In this document: piece by piece, positions 61,852-64,000 of the stretch | How the letters are laid out: each line of letters opens with the position of its first letter | Position numbering within the stretch: position 1 is the stretch's first letter | Assembly (NCBI GenBank): GCA_025612245.1 | Contig: JAAXKQ010000005.1 | Span: 70,009-134,008, forward strand | Length of the DNA: 64,000 nucleotides | DNA from: Ignavibacteria bacterium | Lineage (GTDB): Bacteria > Bacteroidota > Ignavibacteria > Ignavibacteriales > SURF-24 | Direction: 5' to 3' | The notes under the pieces: generated by a model | Seen by the model: only the letters and a program-made list of their open reading frames with translations | Databases searched by the model: none | Told to the model about the DNA's origin: nothing | Program-made: the position numbers and the translations under genes

Positions 61852-63999
61852 ATGTTAAACAGAGATCTTTCAGTAATCATTTCAATTAATGAGACTATCG
61901 CTTCCATTAAGGAGCCGTACAAGCTTTTTGAAAAGATTTTCGATCAGATGCAGGATTTACTTCAGTTTCAGATTGGTGGCATGGCTTTGCTCGATAAAAC
62001 AGGAACCGGGCTGGAGTTTTTTGCAGCTGCGAGCGATGGAATGGGAAAGCCTTTGTCGCAGGTCTTATGGTACAACAGGGTATCCATAAGCGGAACTGTT
62101 TTTTCTCAGATGGTTGCCAATCCGAAAATCAGCATAGCCGACCTGGAAATATTAAGGTCATTTAAGAAATCATCTGACCAGGAACCACTGCTCGAAGAAT
62201 CGATAAAAAATGCCGGCATAAAAAATATCTTACAGATCCCAATGCAGACTGGCGGGGAACTGATGGGGTTTTTGTTCATCCCTTATAATGACTGTGAGCT
62301 TAATGCCGATGACAACAACTACCTCCTGAAAATATCCAATGTTATAGCCACTGCCGTAAGCAACGTAAGAGCTTTCGAGGAAATGAAACAGCACAAGGAA
62401 GTAAACGAGATCCAGCTTCGCCTGATGAATGCGCTGGTTTCCCTAAAAGACAGGAATACGCTTGTAGAAAAATGTGCTGAAGAGCTTACTGAACTCATTC
62501 CCTGTGAGTATATTTCATTCTGGGCCGGTAACCTGGAGGTTGCCAGCAGGCGTTTGGCCTTCAGCCTTATAATGAATGAGGAAAACAGGCTTGTTCCACT
62601 GGCAATTCCGGGAAATGCAGTCCAGGCGGCAGTTATGCTCAGGTCCAAAGAGATCAACGGAAACTATCTTGAGATTGCGGGCGAGGAGTTTAACAGCCTT
62701 TGTGCACAGTCCAAGTATTTTCTGCAGCTTAAGGAAAAACATTCCATAACTTCACTTTTGATGATCCGTTATGCCGCAGAAAACGTGGGGGAACTAATTC
62801 TGATACTTGGAAGAGGCAAAAATATGTATTTTGTGCAGAAAAGAAACAGGAAGCTGGGCATACCCCCAAACACAAGCAATATTTCTTTCATGGACAATGA
62901 GATTGAGGCTGCAATGCACATACTTCCACAGCTTGGGCTCGTGCTTTCAAACTTCTTTGCATTTGAGCAGATAAACCTGCTTAAAAATAAGCTGGAACAG
63001 GAGAAGAACTATCTCCTGGACGAAATCAACCTTTCGAACAGTTTCCAGGAGATCATTGGCAACAGCCCTGCTATTCAGTCCGTAATGAATAAGATTAAGC
63101 AGGTTGCCCCTATCAATGCCACTGTTCTGATACAGGGAGAGACGGGTACTGGAAAAGAGCTTGTTGCACGGGCGATTCATAATTTATCCGAAAGAAAAGA
63201 CAGCGCTTTCGTGAAAATCAATTGCGCGGCGCTCCCGGTCAGTCTGATTGAATCCGAACTCTTTGGACACGAAAAAGGAAGCTTTACAGGAGCAATAGAA
63301 AAAAGGATCGGGAAATTTGAGCTTGCAGACGGCGGTACGATATTCCTGGATGAGATAGGTGAGCTTCCGCTGGAAATTCAGTCCAGACTTTTAAGGATAC
63401 TGCAGGAAAAGGAGTTCGAAAGAATAGGCGGGAAGGGCACAATTAAGGTTGACGTAAGGATAATTGCTGCAACAAACCGAGAACTTGCCGTGGAGGTAGA
63501 CAAGGGGAGGTTCAGGGCTGATCTGTTCTTCAGGCTGAACGTTTTTCCAATTACCGTCCCCCCTTTAAGGGAAAGGACCGAGGATATTCCACTGCTGCTT
63601 AAATTTTTTATTGAAAAGTATTCCAAGCAGGCAGGGCGTGAAAAAAAGATTGTAAGAAAAAGCGACCTCGATATGCTCCTGCAGTATAACTGGCCCGGGA
63701 ATATACGCGAGCTGGAGCATCTGATAGAACGCTCGGTAATAATTTCCGAAGGAGCCGTCCTCAACTTCAACGACGTTATTCATCTAAACATGAAAAATGA
63801 CGCGGAAGCTGAGAAGCTGAAGACACTAAGGGAGATGGAAAAAGAACACATTATTCATGCACTGCAGATTGCAAAAGGAAAAGTAACGGGCGAGAACAGC
63901 GCTTCAAGCATACTTGGAATTAACGGCAAGACGCTTGGCTCCAAGATGAAAAAGCTCGGAATTGCCAGGGAAATTGTAATAAGGACCCAGCTAAACTGA
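61852..63999 (+). CDS. Sigma-54-dependent activator with N-terminal GAF-type sensory region
   Basis: 715 aa. About 390 aa of GAF-like sensory sequence precede an AAA+ core with [42 protein letters not shown] and [11 protein letters not shown]-terminal HTH ([21 protein letters not shown]). Confidence 0.9.
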   Translation: MLNRDLSVIISINETIASIKEPYKLFEKIFDQMQDLLQFQIGGMALLDKTGTGLEFFAAASDGMGKPLSQVLWYNRVSISGTVFSQMVANPKISIADLEILRSFKKSSDQEPLLEESIKNAGIKNILQIPMQTGGELMGFLFIPYNDCELNADDNNYLLKISNVIATAVSNVRAFEEMKQHKEVNEIQLRLMNALVSLKDRNTLVEKCAEELTELIPCEYISFWAGNLEVASRRLAFSLIMNEENRLVPLAIPGNAVQAAVMLRSKEINGNYLEIAGEEFNSLCAQSKYFLQLKEKHSITSLLMIRYAAENVGELILILGRGKNMYFVQKRNRKLGIPPNTSNISFMDNEIEAAMHILPQLGLVLSNFFAFEQINLLKNKLEQEKNYLLDEINLSNSFQEIIGNSPAIQSVMNKIKQVAPINATVLIQGETGTGKELVARAIHNLSERKDSAFVKINCAALPVSLIESELFGHEKGSFTGAIEKRIGKFELADGGTIFLDEIGELPLEIQSRLLRILQEKEFERIGGKGTIKVDVRIIAATNRELAVEVDKGRFRADLFFRLNVFPITVPPLRERTEDIPLLLKFFIEKYSKQAGREKKIVRKSDLDMLLQYNWPGNIRELEHLIERSVIISEGAVLNFNDVIHLNMKNDAEAEKLKTLREMEKEHIIHALQIAKGKVTGENSASSILGINGKTLGSKMKKLGIAREIVIRTQLN

Positions 64000-64000
64000 G

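Overview
This 64-kb chromosomal window looks like it comes from an FCB-group bacterium (Ignavibacteria/Bacteroidota-like). The guess rests on three proteins ending in PNPFNP-type T9SS sorting domains, a PorV/PorQ-like barrel and a DUF1573 operon. All calls come from reading motifs in the supplied translations; no database search was possible. I support about 45 CDS and saw no rRNA, tRNA, CRISPR array, transposase or integrase.

Two loci stand out.

(1) 772-19918 is a two-armed locus. At its centre are two tandem genes (16711-17620) for about 150-aa cysteine-free proteins. Each has a textbook double-glycine leader (LDAEALKxVTGG) and a 122-124-aa core that is about one third glycine. On the minus strand, seven tightly packed genes from HlyD to the ATP-grasp pair, preceded after a 71-nt gap by an LRR/T9SS gene, encode: an LRR/T9SS protein, a HlyD adaptor, a C39-peptidase ABC exporter with two N-terminal cNMP-binding-like domains, a sensor-less sigma-54 activator, a membrane-anchored PhnD-like binding protein, a TolC-like channel and two ATP-grasp proteins. 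On the plus strand the precursors are preceded by an exported FGE-sulfatase-domain protein and followed by a cytoplasmic four-repeat SurA-N-like protein and a parvulin. I do not recognise this combination as a described system.

(2) 51045-61717 is an 11-gene minus-strand operon running from a near-consensus sigma-54 promoter to an intrinsic terminator. It is divergent from a GAF-domain sigma-54 activator (61852-63999). It encodes myo-inositol-1-phosphate synthase, a nucleotidyltransferase, a CDP-alcohol phosphatidyltransferase with a non-canonical motif, a HAD hydrolase, a Gfo/Idh/MocA oxidoreductase, a class-III aminotransferase, an ATP-grasp protein, a flippase-like membrane protein and an embedded MlaFED transporter. 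This suggests a modified (possibly aminated) inositol lipid or solute pathway.

The remainder is ordinary: carbohydrate-active enzymes (GH5, GHL10-like, CBM9-like), two beta-lactamase-family proteins, a 2125-aa protein with 16 Ig-like repeats, a BNR-propeller/FN3 protein, a rhodanese-MauE/DoxX-DUF1573 operon, MFS transporters, and a peptide deformylase that unusually carries a lipoprotein signal.
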